Under the pieces are notes generated by a model. The model saw nothing but the letters and a program-made list of their open reading frames with translations. It had not been told where the DNA came from and searched no databases. The position numbers and the translations under genes are program-made. This document shows, in pieces, positions 54,466-64,000 of a stretch of DNA of 64,000 nucleotides. Position 1 is the first letter of the stretch, and every line of letters starts with the position of its first letter. Source of the stretch: Verrucomicrobiota bacterium (lineage in GTDB: Bacteria; Verrucomicrobiota; Verrucomicrobiia; Limisphaerales; UBA11358); NCBI GenBank assembly GCA_049517655.1, contig JBEKRQ010000003.1, forward strand, positions 132,906-196,905, written 5' to 3'.

Positions 54466-55137
54466 CTAACAATCAGAACGCGGGCTGTCGAGTGTGCAGG
54501 AAGTTTTGCAGTCTATCTGGGTGTTAGGTGACGTGTATCGCAAAACCAACACATTGAGAACGTAGGCGGCTATGCCTATCCAGGGAAAGACGGTCAATGC
54601 AGAAATTCGCTGCATGAGACCAACGTTTGCGCGCGTGACGAGTCCACCGATTCCCGTCATTATCGCGATCGTGCCAATCATAAGAATATTCGTGCCGATG
54701 GAATACATGTTAAGAAGTCTTGCCTCACGTCGCTTCCATAAGGCAGCCGTTAAAAACATCGGTCCAAAGATGATCACAAGCGCTAAATATTTTCCGCCAT
54801 GTCTGGGATCTGGCCATGGAAAGATTCCAGTCAATAAACCGGCCAATCCAAATAGGACAAGGACCGACGACGTAAGGCAAGTCAGCATCAGTCTCGCGCC
54901 AAGACGTTGCAATGCGCGGAAAAATCCGAATGCGCCGATTAAAATTGCGGCCCCGGTGATGATGACACCAACATTGAATATCTCGGGATGAGGCGTGCCA
55001 CTGGCCCCAAGATCGCTTATTACCTGCCGCATATGGCTGTAGCCAGGATAAAAAAGCGCACTCAGCACGATGATGCCAAAATAGATAAAGGGAACCATCA
55101 TCGCGACTCTGAGGGAAATCACTTCAAGCTTTTTCAT
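54466..55137 (-). CDS. DUF998-like integral membrane protein
   Basis: Six predicted TM segments. ATG at 55137 preferred. Confidence 0.55.
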   Translation of the reverse strand: MKKLEVISLRVAMMVPFIYFGIIVLSALFYPGYSHMRQVISDLGASGTPHPEIFNVGVIITGAAILIGAFGFFRALQRLGARLMLTCLTSSVLVLFGLAGLLTGIFPWPDPRHGGKYLALVIIFGPMFLTAALWKRREARLLNMYSIGTNILMIGTIAIMTGIGGLVTRANVGLMQRISALTVFPWIGIAAYVLNVLVLRYTSPNTQIDCKTSCTLDSPRSDC

Positions 55138-55414
55138 ATATTCTACCGCCACGAAGCTGCCTAACACATAATGGGCGGCAATTTCTGCAGCCCATCCTGT
55201 TTCATGGTTGCGACTTTATCTGGTTTCACAAGTTTCTGTCCAACATTCTCTGGCTTTGTTGCTTTGTTTCTTTGTTGTTCAATTTTCGGGATTGGCTTTT
55301 GTTGAGCCGTTTTGCGCATTGACAATGGCTGCGGTAAAACTATTCTCCGCGTCCGTTTATTTTGCGGGCAACCGCCAGTGCGGTTTTCCCGCCCGAGGAA
55401 GGAAGTGAATTGCG

Positions 55415-55612
55415 TTGACAGAAATCAGACTAAAAAAAGGCGAACCGGTGGATCGCGCGTTGCGGCGGCTGAAGAAAAAAGTCGACCGCGAAGGCACGCT
55501 CAAGATCGTGCGCAATCACCGGCATTTCGAAAAGCCGAGTGAAAAGCGTCGCCGCAAGGAAAAGGTCGCGCGTTTTTCCGCGATGCTCACCGCGCGCTAC
55601 GCGGATTTGTAA
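55415..55612 (+). CDS. rpsU: 30S ribosomal protein S21
   Basis: EIRLKKGEPVDRALRRLKKKVDREGTLKIVRNHRHFEKPSEKRRRK. TTG start. Confidence 0.9.
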   Translation: MTEIRLKKGEPVDRALRRLKKKVDREGTLKIVRNHRHFEKPSEKRRRKEKVARFSAMLTARYADL

Positions 55613-55982
55613 TTTTCTCATTGCAACCAGACCGGACACGGCAAAGATTTTGTCGTATCCGGTCTGCTGTTTTGTGCGTCAATCCGCAATCGCAAATCGG
55701 CAAGTGGATCGCGTTGGTCCAATCGGTGACGTTTGGGTTCATGCTTGTGGCTTCCAAAGGCGAAAGCTTTGTTAAAGATTCCAAATTAGGGCAATAATAT
55801 ACTTGACTCATTTTGCGTCTGTTCTGGATTGTCGCCGACATAATCGGTTTATTGCTTGGCGCGTTTCCGCGCTCGCTGTTCTTTAATTTTTTTATCCAAC
55901 TCTGCCTTTGGGACTTTCATCAGTCCTTTGGCTAGGGCTTGGAACTTTTGGAACGGCGTTTTCCCCGGTATTGTTTTTTCTT

Positions 55983-56927
55983 TCATGCTGGTTGAGGTTC
56001 GCCAATCAACTGTGCATAGGTCAAACGCTTTCCAAAGATTAAGCCGACCGCCTTCAAGAATCGCGTTTGGTCGTTTTCTTCACGGTTATTGAACCGGAAA
56101 ACTTGTTCATCAACGTAGCGTTTCAAATGAACCGGCTCGACGCTGACATACGTTCCTTTAATGCACCGCTTGAACAAGCTCCAAAAGTTTTCTAGTCCGT
56201 TGGTGTGAACATTGCCACGCACGTATTCTTTTGCGTGGTCAATTACTTGGTGAACAAAATCACGGTTAAGCCCCTTGTAGCCTAGCCAATAATCGGTGAA
56301 GATTTGTGAGCCTTTTTCGACGCTTTGATAAACTTCATCTTGGAGCGTTCGCATTTTGGTATCGGGAATGTGGTTGGCTTTAATTTTCCCGTCTCGCTCT
56401 AAAATTCCCATGACAATCGCTTTGCCCACTCCGCCCGTGCCACGTCCACGTCTGCAATTTCTTTCCTTGTGCATGTTACAGGCAAGTCCCCCAATCCAAG
56501 TTTCGTCCACTTCGACCTCACCCTTGAATTTTTCAAACGTGCCAGTCTGCATGGCGAGCCGGATTCTTTGGAGCATGAACCAAGCAGTCTTTTGCGTGAC
56601 GCCGATTGCACGGTGGACTTCGTAGGAACTGACGCCGTTCTTTGCATTGGCAATCATCCAGATTGCGGTCAGCCATTTATCCAACGGCAACGCGCTGTCC
56701 TCGAAAATCGTGCCGACACGCACCGAGAACTGGCTTTTCTCTTTGCAGCATTTGCATTTCCAGATTTTGCGCGTGGCAATGAAACTCACGTCCTCACATT
56801 GGCAACGCGGGCATTTTATTTTATCCGGCCAGCGCAGTTTCACCATAAAGTCAAACGCCACTTGCGGGTCTGCAAAATAGCGGACAGCTTCGACTAGGGT
56901 TTGGGGGAATTCGTTATTCATTTTCAT
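55983..56927 (-). CDS. IS1595-family transposase (zinc-ribbon + ISXO2-like DDE domain)
   Basis: N-terminal CPRCQCE...CKCCKE zinc ribbon, followed by VEVDETWIGG and the downstream DDE region. Confidence 0.88.
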   Translation of the reverse strand: MKMNNEFPQTLVEAVRYFADPQVAFDFMVKLRWPDKIKCPRCQCEDVSFIATRKIWKCKCCKEKSQFSVRVGTIFEDSALPLDKWLTAIWMIANAKNGVSSYEVHRAIGVTQKTAWFMLQRIRLAMQTGTFEKFKGEVEVDETWIGGLACNMHKERNCRRGRGTGGVGKAIVMGILERDGKIKANHIPDTKMRTLQDEVYQSVEKGSQIFTDYWLGYKGLNRDFVHQVIDHAKEYVRGNVHTNGLENFWSLFKRCIKGTYVSVEPVHLKRYVDEQVFRFNNREENDQTRFLKAVGLIFGKRLTYAQLIGEPQPA

Positions 56928-57723
56928 TTTGCTCCGTTTCTTTGGGATATTGCTTTCGGAAAGTTGTGTAGGCTTCTGTAATTATAGTGCTCATCATTGC
57001 CTTCCATGCCGCCCTAGTTTGCTGGTCATATTTAGAAATTGTATCTACCGTTGTTTTTATAAGTGCCAAAGCCCGCACTCCTTCGCTAAGTCTTATGCCG
57101 TGTTTCTTGCTGATAATTCCTACTTTTGTATCCCCTCCACAAAAGGCGTCCACTTTCTTTACTTCTTCAACGGTATAAATCGCGGTAATTATAGCCTCGC
57201 TGTCGTCTAGGTTGTAAATTTCAGAGCGATTCAAAATAAATTCCGCAACCGTAGCTCCACATCCCATAGTGGCGTAATTATATTGTCTAGTGGCGATTCC
57301 CGGCCAGAAGTTCAAAATGTATATGTAAGGTTTTGGTTTTTCCTTTCCATAATAATAGGCAACCATCAAAGCGAAATTATTGTCGGGGTCTTGAAAGTAT
57401 TCGTGTGCGAATTGTCTGTTGTCTTCCCAATGGTTCAGCCGGATGACTTCCTGTTTTAATTGCCGCAGAGTATCTTCACAAACTTCCGCTGGCTTTCGAT
57501 AATCGTTAATCGGCGTAGCCTTGGCAAGATTTGTAAATATCTCCACCGCACGAGAAGAAAGTTCTGCGTTGCCAGATTGCGCGACCAATGCGCCGTCTCC
57601 ACCCTCAAAAAATACGCCAGATATTTTGTTCGTGTCCGTCCTTTTGGACGAACCAGAAGAAGTTTGGCTGTCGCTGGCAAGAATAATACTGCCATCACAA
57701 ATTAATCCCACTATAATCGTCAC
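56914..57723 (-). CDS. proteasome-beta/HslV-like Ntn hydrolase (IS passenger)
   Basis: Track ORF 56914..58308 trimmed to the GTG at 57723, which is preceded by aaaaggaaaa. (M)TIIVGLICDGSIILASDSQTS starts with Thr after Met removal, as in HslV and proteasome beta subunits. The upstream part of the track ORF is antisense to cca. Confidence 0.7.
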   Translation of the reverse strand: MTIIVGLICDGSIILASDSQTSSGSSKRTDTNKISGVFFEGGDGALVAQSGNAELSSRAVEIFTNLAKATPINDYRKPAEVCEDTLRQLKQEVIRLNHWEDNRQFAHEYFQDPDNNFALMVAYYYGKEKPKPYIYILNFWPGIATRQYNYATMGCGATVAEFILNRSEIYNLDDSEAIITAIYTVEEVKKVDAFCGGDTKVGIISKKHGIRLSEGVRALALIKTTVDTISKYDQQTRAAWKAMMSTIITEAYTTFRKQYPKETEQNENE

Positions 57724-57825
57724 AGGCGTTTTCCTTTTCTTTAGTTTCTGAAAAGGATGCCCGTTTAGCCCTTGTGAGTCAAGTATATTATTACCCAAAT
57801 TAGCTTTGCGCCTTCGCGCCTTTGC

Positions 57826-59166
57826 GTGAGAATGAATTCTGTGAATTTTTCTCTGCGCGAGACCGCTGGTGAAATTGTCCGTCGCTTGCAAACGGCGGGC
57901 TTCGCCGCCTTCTGGGTCGGCGGTTGTGTGCGCGATTTTTTGCTCGGACGCGAGCCGCAGGATTACGACATCGCCACGGACGCGCGCCCGGAACAAATCG
58001 AAAAGCTGTTCAAACGCACCATCGCCGTCGGACGCAAATTCGGCGTGATGGTCGTCGTTGAAGACGGGCATCAATTTCAAGTCGCCACGTTTCGAGCCGA
58101 GGCGGATTACATGGATGGCCGGCATCCGGAGCAGGTAACATTCAGCGACGCGCAAGCCGACGCGCGTCGCCGTGATTTCACCGTCAACGGACTTTTTTAC
58201 GATCCGATCGTCGAAAAACTTCACGATTGGGTCGGCGGCGAAAAGGATTTGCGCGCCAAAATCATCCGCACCATCGGTTCGCCAGACGAACGTTTTGCCG
58301 AAGACCATTTACGTCTGCTGCGCGCGGTGCGATTTGCCGCGCAACTGGATTTTGAAATCGAGCCGCAAACGTTCGTGGCGTTGAAAGCCAACGCGCCAAA
58401 AATCGGAAACATCAGCGCCGAACGAATTCGCGACGAACTCATCAAGTTATTTTCCCCGCCGCATGCCGCACGCGGCTTGGTTTTGTTGCGCGACAGCGGG
58501 TTGCTCGAACCGATTTTGCCCGAACTCGCGGCGGCGATTTCATGCGAACAATCGCCGGATTTTCATCCTGAAGGCAGCGTGTTCGAGCACATCCGGTTGA
58601 TGCTCGAAAAACTGCCGCCGAACACGCCTTCATCGCTGCCGTGGGCGGTGATTTTGCATGACATCGGCAAGCCCGTGACGGCTGAACACGATCCGCAAAC
58701 CGGTGCGATTCATTTTTACGAACACGAAAAAACCGGCGCGGTGATGGCGGAAAGAATTTTGCAACGGCTGCGGTTTCCTAAAAAACAAATTGAGGAAATT
58801 GTCGCGTGCGTGCGGCAGCACATGCAGTTCAAGGACGTTAAACAAATGCGCAAGGCGACGCTGCGGCGGTTGTTGATGCGCGAGACGTTTCCCCTTGAGC
58901 TCGAATTGCACCGGCTGGACTGTCTCGGCTCGCACGGCAAGCTGGATCATTACGAATTTTTGGTGGAGCAGGCTGCGGAATTGAAAAAGAAACCGTCAAT
59001 TCGTCCGCCGCTGCTTACAGGGGATGATTTAATCAAGCTGGGCATGAAGCCCGGCCCGGCAATAGGCGCGCTGCTGGCGGAAATCCGCGAGAAGCAATTG
59101 CAGGACGAATTTAAAACACCGCGTGAGGCAAAAGCCTGGGTGAAGAAACAGCTCAAAGCGGAATGA
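57826..59166 (+). CDS. cca: CCA-adding tRNA nucleotidyltransferase with HD domain
   Basis: GGCVRDFLLGREPQDYDIAT and RDFTVNG motifs plus a C-terminal HD (ILHDIGKP). The start may be the ATG at 57832. Confidence 0.9.
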   Translation: MRMNSVNFSLRETAGEIVRRLQTAGFAAFWVGGCVRDFLLGREPQDYDIATDARPEQIEKLFKRTIAVGRKFGVMVVVEDGHQFQVATFRAEADYMDGRHPEQVTFSDAQADARRRDFTVNGLFYDPIVEKLHDWVGGEKDLRAKIIRTIGSPDERFAEDHLRLLRAVRFAAQLDFEIEPQTFVALKANAPKIGNISAERIRDELIKLFSPPHAARGLVLLRDSGLLEPILPELAAAISCEQSPDFHPEGSVFEHIRLMLEKLPPNTPSSLPWAVILHDIGKPVTAEHDPQTGAIHFYEHEKTGAVMAERILQRLRFPKKQIEEIVACVRQHMQFKDVKQMRKATLRRLLMRETFPLELELHRLDCLGSHGKLDHYEFLVEQAAELKKKPSIRPPLLTGDDLIKLGMKPGPAIGALLAEIREKQLQDEFKTPREAKAWVKKQLKAE

Positions 59167-59265
59167 ATCCGCTAATAGCGCGAATTTACACTAATTGGAG
59201 CCGACACCTTTTGTTGATACGGCCTGCGTCGTTCGTGGATGGTTACCACTGAACGATATGATATC

Positions 59266-59583
59266 TCATCCATTCGGCAGGATGGATTTGCAGACGGCGA
59301 CGAACTTCTCCGGCTCGTCGGGCGAAAAGCCGATGCGTTTGGTAAATAACAAACCGGATTTTTTTATCAGCAACACGTGACGGCAGAAGTTGCAATTATC
59401 AAGCTTCACGCCCCATATAGGACCCGGCGGGCGAACTTCGACAGCCTGAATTTCATCTGTCGGCACAACGAATGTGTGAAAGAGAAGCCACGATTGCAGT
59501 TCGAGCCGGTCGCGGTAGATGCGATATTCCTGCCACAGGCTTTTGGCGGTTCTTCTCGAAACGTAAATCGGTGTGGGGTTCAT
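59266..59583 (-). CDS. hypothetical protein
   Basis: Part of track ORF 59266..59808. Start ambiguous (ATG 59583 or 59637). No family recognised. Confidence 0.4.
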   Translation of the reverse strand: MNPTPIYVSRRTAKSLWQEYRIYRDRLELQSWLLFHTFVVPTDEIQAVEVRPPGPIWGVKLDNCNFCRHVLLIKKSGLLFTKRIGFSPDEPEKFVAVCKSILPNG

Positions 59584-59614
59584 TTTTGCGGAGGAGGTGA
59601 CAGGGAAAATTTCG

Positions 59615-60061
59615 TCACCATGAAACGAGAATTTCATACCAGTCTGCGCCGTCAAAATCGTTGTCACTGATCTTGATGGCGAGTGTTTCATCGTTCTGAG
59701 AAGTCGGCATCTGCGTGATCGTGACATCACCGCGTCCGGCTCGTTTCGATATTTGGATTTTTTGCGGGTCACGTGGTTTGAATGCAGGGCTGATACCTTC
59801 GAACGCACTGCTCACGTTGTCCTTCCAATTTGGCGACCATGCTTTGCCGTTCACGTATATTGCTTTCTCCGGTAGCTTGAACGTTTCATGCTCGATCCAG
59901 AGCCGGTTGCCGCTCAACTTGACAACATCACTTCCATCAATAAAAGCTCTAATCGTCAACTGCTGGCGATTGCCACAGCCGGAAGCCAGACTTGCAACGA
60001 GAGCCACCGCACATAGGAATCCGACGACATTGAATTTGAACAGGTTGATTTTCATATTCAT
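59615..60061 (-). CDS. hypothetical lipoprotein
   Basis: Signal peptide with lipobox LASGC. Confidence 0.6.
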   Translation of the reverse strand: MNMKINLFKFNVVGFLCAVALVASLASGCGNRQQLTIRAFIDGSDVVKLSGNRLWIEHETFKLPEKAIYVNGKAWSPNWKDNVSSAFEGISPAFKPRDPQKIQISKRAGRGDVTITQMPTSQNDETLAIKISDNDFDGADWYEILVSW

Positions 60062-60092
60062 TTATTTGTCTTTGTTGATTTTGTTGACCAGA

Positions 60093-63000
60093 TCACTTGA
60101 TGAAATATCCGGCGGACTTCCACTGCCCATCTTTTTCCAGCATGAACGTGATGGTTTCAATCGCGGATTTTTTGTTGGCGAATGAAGTCTCGAATTGCAT
60201 GACGACATATTGTCCGTCCGGCGCGCCGGGCATTTCCGTCATCCGTTGCGCCGACTTCAATTTGCGGGACACCAGATCGCCCAGAGGCTTGCGAAACGTT
60301 TCCATCGAATTTGCCCAATTCGGTTCCGTGACCCCGCCTTGGAAAATAGCGGCAGCTTCGTTCCAGCTCTCGGAATAGCGCCCGTCATCAATGAGCGCCA
60401 GCCATTTTTGCGCGGCTGAAACGGCGGCCTTTTCCGCTTCGGAGTTTGGATTGGAAGCGGGCGGAGCATTGGTGATCCAGCTTGCTTTACTTTCTTCCAG
60501 CGCTTCGGCCTTGGTTCCAAAATAGAGTGCAGCGAACGAACCACCATCGGTATACATAGATGCGTGTGGCAGTCCCGGAACGAGGTGGGAATCAATCAAT
60601 TCAAAATCGCCCCGCCCTTTGGCAATCTGCAACCGCTGTTGCGGGTCTTCGGGAACATTTTTATTTGTCGAAGTGATGTAAAGCGCCAGCTCCGCGTTGT
60701 CGCGACTGACTAGGTTGTAATGGCCTTTGACCGTCATCCGATCTTTGGTTCGCTTTACTGAAGTGATTTCAATGGAATCGCCTTCGGGGAAAGAAGCCTG
60801 GCCGATGTAATAGGCTTCGGAGTTTGAATTGGAAGCTGGCGACGCGGGAGAAGCAGGCTTGCCCCGCCGAAAGCTGATGCCGCCGTTGACGGTGCTGACC
60901 TTGACGCTCGCGCTGCCGTTGCCAAGACTGCCTTTCAAGTTGTTGCCGACGGGAAATTCCTTTTTCGCTTTGAGCGAAGGGAATTCTGAAGTGATGCTGC
61001 CGTTGACTGTGCTCGCCGAAAAGTTTGCGTCGGCATCATCAGGCAATGCCAGTTCGACCTTGCCGTTGACCGCATCGAGCGACACCGATTGTCCTCCGCC
61101 GAGCAAGATCATGTCCGCGGTGATCCGGCCGTTCACGGTGGAGAGTCTCAAATTGCGGGCGGCGTCCTTGATTTGTGTTTCGCCGTTGACGGTGGACGCG
61201 GCGATGTCGCCCGAAATGCCATCAATCACGATGCGTCCGTTGACGCTGCTGATGTCCGCCAGGCGCGCGTGCTGCGGCACCTGGATGGTGTAATCCACGC
61301 TGGCGTCATTTCGCTTGTCGTTTTTGAACCACAGCCAGCTCCATGGAAAACCAGTCACGCTTGAGGGTTGTTCCGTATGAACGATGGCTCTGTCCAGCCC
61401 CGAATCAATGTTGATTTTGACGGCTTCAACACTTTCGCTGGTCTTGCCGTGGATGGCGGCGTTGATGACGACGACGTTGCTGCTCCAGCCGTGAATTTCA
61501 ATCCGGCCTTTGACGTTGTCGAGACTGAAACTTCCCTCCGCGTTGAGCGGAAATGATTGGCTGGAATCCTTCCGAAACTCGCCTGCCTCCTGACGAATAC
61601 CGGCTTGCGGCAGATTCTGTGCGGTAAGTTCCGGCCCATGATCCCTTGTGTGATGCAACGCGAGCACATACAGGGCAGCCGCGATGATTGCAATCGCAAT
61701 TGGAATCAGAACGATGCAACCCGTGACAACCGCAAAGCGCCGCCAAAAACGGTCGGGTTGTGGTGCGGACGTTGCGGTGCCGGGCAAAGCACAACCGAAA
61801 GCTGATTTGACATCGTCACGCGCCAGGACAATGAGCGCCCAGATTCCGATGGGCAAACCGATGAGGCTGCAAGACACGATTGAAATGATGCCGGCTGCAA
61901 TGGCCCAGGCGTAACTCCGCCGCTGCAACATCTGGAACCCGCCGAACAGGATCAGCAGCCCAGGAATTACCTTGAAAAGCACGATACTGAAAATTGCCAC
62001 CGAACCCCATGCACCGAAAAAATTTCCGAAACCGGGGAATCTGTCCAGCCATCCGCTACCACCCGTAAACAAAAACAAAGCGGAAAATGCCGACAACAAT
62101 TTCCACAACGCCGCTACCATCAAGCCCACGGCAGGCGCAGTCACTTTTCCCTGGCTGAAGGCAGCCGGTCCGCCAGCCACCATCGCTGGCGGGATGGTCC
62201 CGGTCTGGGGAGACGTGCCTGGTTGTTTTCCAAGCGAGGTGGAAGCCAATGCCGCAGGAGCGATGGGTGCGGTACCGGCTGTCCTTGCGACATCGGTTTG
62301 CAATTCGCCGGTTTTTGGGTGAAGCCAGTTTGTTATTCTCCTTCCTTGGCCATCGGTGAACGCCTTGCAGAGGATTAAAATCCAGTCAATTGTAGCCCAG
62401 ATGCCGAGCCCGCCCAACGTGCATAACTGCAAGATCGCGGTCCCCGTTTTCCCGACGTAAAACCGGTGCGCGCCGAACACGCCGAAAAAGAAGGCCAGCA
62501 GAAATGCCGGCAGAATGATCTTATCACTGGTTGCCTGGCCTGCCGGGATCGAAAACGCAGGCGGGATGGTCCCGGCCTTGGCCGTAAATCCCACGGTCGA
62601 TGGAGGAGCCGTCCCAGCAATGGTTTCCACCGCCGTTTTCATCTGGCTTGCCTGTTGATAACGGCGCTCCGGTTCCTTTTCCAACGCGTGCAACACCACT
62701 TCATCGAGCCGCACGTCAATTTGAACTTTCTGCGACGGCGGCTGGAATTTTCCCAACGGCAATTCGCCGGTGAGCATTTCGTAGAACACGACGCCGAGCG
62801 AATAAATGTCCGCGCGATGATCCACCGTCATCGGTTTCTCAATTTGTTCCGGCGCCATATAATGCGGTGTGCCTACCACATCCTTCGCGCCGGTGAGTAT
62901 CTGTTGCCCGGCCTCGACACCCAGCATCTTTGCGATGCCGAAGTCGGCAATTTTCACCCGGCCTTGTTTGTCCAATAGGATGTTTTCCGGCTTGATGTCG

Positions 63001-63569
63001 CGATGGACAATGCCCTGTTCGTGGGCGTATTGCAGCGCTTTGCAAATTTCCGGCACGATCTTGAGCGCTTCAGCGGGCGAAAGTTTCCGCGCCTGAAACA
63101 ATTGCCGCAACGTCAGGCCATCCACAAATTCCATCAGCAGGTAATAATTTCCCTGCACCTCGCCGAAGTCGTAAACCGTGACGATGTTTGGATGATGCAA
63201 TCGTGCCAGCATCCGGGCTTCACGTTCAAACCGTTCGGCGAATTTCGAGTCATTCTGTTTTTCCGGTGAAAGGATTTTCAGCGCCACCAGCCGGTCGAGC
63301 CGCGGCTGGCGGGCTTTGTAAACCGCCCCCATGCCGCCGCGCCCGAGGCATTCGAGGATTTCCAACTGCGGAAATAATTTTGCGATTTCAGATACCGGCG
63401 CAGGTGGTGATTTGGAAACGGCAGGGCCATGCGGGTCAGTCTCGCCCGTGACCTCCGTTTGGGTGGCCAGATTCAAGGCGACCAGGCAGCGCGGGCAAAG
63501 CCCTTCCGGTGCGTCCGGCGGCAGCGGCGCGCCGCAACGATTGCATTTTGACGAAGTTTCGCTCATCAC
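60093..63569 (-). CDS. multidomain Ser/Thr protein kinase (zinc ribbon, kinase, TM2 domain, polytopic region, DUF4097-like repeats, DUF4019-like C-terminus)
   Basis: CNRCGAPL...CPRC; kinase motifs GRGGMGAVYKA, HRDIKPENIL, DFG; TM2-like FGAHRFYVGK; repeated VNG(R/K)I beta units. Confidence 0.85.
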   Translation of the reverse strand: MMSETSSKCNRCGAPLPPDAPEGLCPRCLVALNLATQTEVTGETDPHGPAVSKSPPAPVSEIAKLFPQLEILECLGRGGMGAVYKARQPRLDRLVALKILSPEKQNDSKFAERFEREARMLARLHHPNIVTVYDFGEVQGNYYLLMEFVDGLTLRQLFQARKLSPAEALKIVPEICKALQYAHEQGIVHRDIKPENILLDKQGRVKIADFGIAKMLGVEAGQQILTGAKDVVGTPHYMAPEQIEKPMTVDHRADIYSLGVVFYEMLTGELPLGKFQPPSQKVQIDVRLDEVVLHALEKEPERRYQQASQMKTAVETIAGTAPPSTVGFTAKAGTIPPAFSIPAGQATSDKIILPAFLLAFFFGVFGAHRFYVGKTGTAILQLCTLGGLGIWATIDWILILCKAFTDGQGRRITNWLHPKTGELQTDVARTAGTAPIAPAALASTSLGKQPGTSPQTGTIPPAMVAGGPAAFSQGKVTAPAVGLMVAALWKLLSAFSALFLFTGGSGWLDRFPGFGNFFGAWGSVAIFSIVLFKVIPGLLILFGGFQMLQRRSYAWAIAAGIISIVSCSLIGLPIGIWALIVLARDDVKSAFGCALPGTATSAPQPDRFWRRFAVVTGCIVLIPIAIAIIAAALYVLALHHTRDHGPELTAQNLPQAGIRQEAGEFRKDSSQSFPLNAEGSFSLDNVKGRIEIHGWSSNVVVINAAIHGKTSESVEAVKINIDSGLDRAIVHTEQPSSVTGFPWSWLWFKNDKRNDASVDYTIQVPQHARLADISSVNGRIVIDGISGDIAASTVNGETQIKDAARNLRLSTVNGRITADMILLGGGQSVSLDAVNGKVELALPDDADANFSASTVNGSITSEFPSLKAKKEFPVGNNLKGSLGNGSASVKVSTVNGGISFRRGKPASPASPASNSNSEAYYIGQASFPEGDSIEITSVKRTKDRMTVKGHYNLVSRDNAELALYITSTNKNVPEDPQQRLQIAKGRGDFELIDSHLVPGLPHASMYTDGGSFAALYFGTKAEALEESKASWITNAPPASNPNSEAEKAAVSAAQKWLALIDDGRYSESWNEAAAIFQGGVTEPNWANSMETFRKPLGDLVSRKLKSAQRMTEMPGAPDGQYVVMQFETSFANKKSAIETITFMLEKDGQWKSAGYFIK

Positions 63570-63610
63570 CTGTTACTTAAGAAAATCCGGCGGGTTGTTA
63601 CATGGTTTCG

Positions 63611-64000
63611 CTACGTGCTCAATACCGCCAGCAAATACCGGAGTTCGGTGTCAATGTCTTCACCTTCGGCGAGTGTATTGGCGATTTCCTCGCGGAACAA
63701 TTCGCGGTAGCGTTTCCGCAGCCGATGCACCGCCACGCGCAATGCATTCTCATTCATCTTGAGTTCATCAGCCACAGTTGTGTAGGGAATTTCGCGTTTG
63801 TCGGCGGTCAGAAAGATTTTGAGCCGTTCGAACTCATTGATTTTTCCCGACTGTTCAAACTCCGCGCGCAGTCGCGCCATCGTCTGTTCCAACAGGGTCA
63901 AAGCCCAACGGCGTTCATACGCGCGATCGGGCGAGATTTCCTCTGCCATGAATTCGGTTTGGAATTTGCGTTCGGCGAATTCGGTGTCGAGTGGGACATG
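63611..64000 (-). CDS. ECF-type RNA polymerase sigma factor (5' end outside window)
   Basis: The frame stays open to the window edge. The sigma-4 region reads IPYTTVADELKMNENALRVAVHRLRKRYRELF. Lies directly upstream of the kinase gene. Confidence 0.8.
   Translation of the reverse strand, partial: HVPLDTEFAERKFQTEFMAEEISPDRAYERRWALTLLEQTMARLRAEFEQSGKINEFERLKIFLTADKREIPYTTVADELKMNENALRVAVHRLRKRYRELFREEIANTLAEGEDIDTELRYLLAVLST

Larger units (their letters stand above)
55789..57796 (-). mobile_element. IS1595-family insertion sequence carrying a passenger gene
   Basis: 22-bp terminal inverted repeats gggcaataatatacttgactca (55789-55810) and tgagtcaagtatattattaccc (57775-57796) match at 21/22. 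AAATTA direct repeats abut both ends (55783-55788, 57797-57802). The element contains the transposase and the Ntn-hydrolase genes. Confidence 0.85.

Noticed and set aside
57724-58308. This is the N-terminal 195 codons of track ORF 56914..58308.
   Set aside because: The segment is antisense to the well-supported cca gene and crosses the IS terminal inverted repeat. The Ntn-hydrolase similarity starts exactly at the GTG at 57723, which has a good ribosome-binding site.

Overview
This is a high-GC chromosomal window. Gene content, ECF-sigma/Ser-Thr-kinase pairing and the short dispersed repeats suggest a PVC-group (probably Verrucomicrobiota) genome; that assignment is inference only. The backbone is housekeeping: cydAB, purM, apgM, pgsA, ftsK, tRNA-Val, folC, pyrG, kdsB, glmS, gmhB, PPi-PFK, thiE, ferritin, ligA, mlaEFD-like, rpsU, cca. 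Three accessory loci stand out. (1) 17.8-23.5 kb is a minus-strand RiPP-like operon. It encodes a PqqD-type RRE, a lasso-B2-type protease, and six tandem precursor genes. Five of these are 43-46 codons and so are absent from the ORF track; one is fused to a Peptidase_S74 self-cleaving domain. An HPr-kinase-like protein, an NTP_transf_5 nucleotidyltransferase and a B12-radical SAM enzyme follow, and there is no lasso cyclase. I consider this the candidate novel system. (2) 32.2-41 kb is an A+T-richer cassette region punctuated by six copies of the 3' end of a DpnI-like gene. It ends in an intact DpnA-like methyltransferase + DpnI-like operon whose upstream region holds 8 GATC sites in 127 bp. 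(3) 55.8-57.8 kb is an IS1595-family element carrying a proteasome-beta/HslV-like Ntn-hydrolase passenger gene. Several families of palindromic repeats fill intergenic regions. RPE-like copies are also inserted in frame in purM, folC, glmS, thiE, ligA and the methyltransferase. All coordinates come from manual reading, and repeat boundaries are accurate to a few bp.
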